Assembly (NCBI GenBank): GCA_965287045.1
Contig: OZ336871.1
Span: 102,610,001 to 102,674,000 of the forward strand
DNA length: 64,000 nucleotides
Source: Carcharhinus amblyrhynchos
Lineage: Eukaryota
Reading direction: 5' to 3'
A model generated the notes under the pieces. It saw only the letters and a program-made list of their open reading frames with translations. It was not told where the DNA came from and ran no database searches. A program made the translations under genes and the position numbers. Numbering within the stretch: position 1 is the first letter of the stretch; each line of letters begins with the position of its first letter. Shown piece by piece: positions 63,320 through 64,000 of this stretch.

Positions 63320-63860
63320 AGCTGCTACACTCGATGCTATAGTTAAGAAAGCCCACCAATGCCTCTACTTTCTCAGGAGACTATGGAAATTTGGCATGTT
63401 CACTATGACTCTCCAACTGTTAGAGATGCACTACAGAAAGCGTTCTTTCTAGTTGTATCATGGCTTGGTAAGGCTCCTGCTCAGTCCAAGACCACAATAA
63501 ACTACAAAGGGTCATGAACGAAGTCCATCACGGAAACCAGCCTCCCATCCATTGACACTGTCTACCCTTCCTGCTGCCTTGGAAAAGCGACGGTATAATC
63601 AAGGACCCCACACCCCCAGACATGCTCCCTTCCACTTGCTGTCGGGTAAAATATACAAAAGTTTGAGGTCACGTACCAACTGACTCTTCCCTGCTGCCAT
63701 CAGACTTTTGAACAAACCTACTTCATATTAATTTGATCTTTCTACACCCTTGCTATGACTGTAACATTACAATTCTGTACCCTATCCTTTCCTTCAGTAT
63801 GCTTTGGCTATATAGCATGCAAGAAACAATGCTTTTCATTGTATTCCTTGACATGTGTCA
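63320..63860 (+). mobile_element. Rex1/Babar LINE 3' fragment
   Basis: aagaaagcccaccaatgcctctactttctcaggagact..; homologous to 985-1790. Confidence 0.8.
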
Positions 63861-64000
63861 AGGAAGCAAATCTCTGCCTTTTCACTGTCCAGGCTTGGGT
63901 AGGGTTAGCACCATTATAATCTACTGAGGTCCGTTTGAGGTCCAGGAGTGTACTGTCACTTTGCCAGCTTTCACAAGTCCATCACAATTCTTATAAAACT

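Overview
Vertebrate nuclear DNA, most likely from a shark or other cartilaginous fish, inferred from HE1-like tRNA/V-domain SINEs, HER1-like CR1 LINEs and Deu-domain SINEs. The window holds the 5' halves of two head-to-head genes sharing a CpG-island promoter at ~39.5-40.1 kb. ANKIB1 is on the minus strand (coding exons 22437-22624, 11167-11467, 252-434) and KRIT1/CCM1 is on the plus strand (coding exons 47166-47267, 54705-54864, 57557-57649, 60528-60657). Both genes run off the window. The introns are dominated by CR1/L2/Rex1/RTE LINE fragments, SINEs, a few DNA transposons and Penelope-like element (PLE) derivatives. Four signals stand out: (i) non-autonomous PLE-derived fold-back elements with hammerhead-ribozyme motifs, ~34-nt tails and 11-15 bp target-site duplications (TSDs), including a 400-bp spacerless palindrome; (ii) two young, near-identical CR1 copies in inverted orientation bracketing ANKIB1 exons 2-3, the geometry that favours circRNA formation; (iii) a LINE whose 5' end is a tRNA-SINE head, plus SINEs sharing both its head and tail; (iv) a CpG-retaining 27-codon candidate uORF upstream of KRIT1. 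Gene and repeat-family identities rest on remembered homology, not on a database search, and repeat boundaries are approximate.
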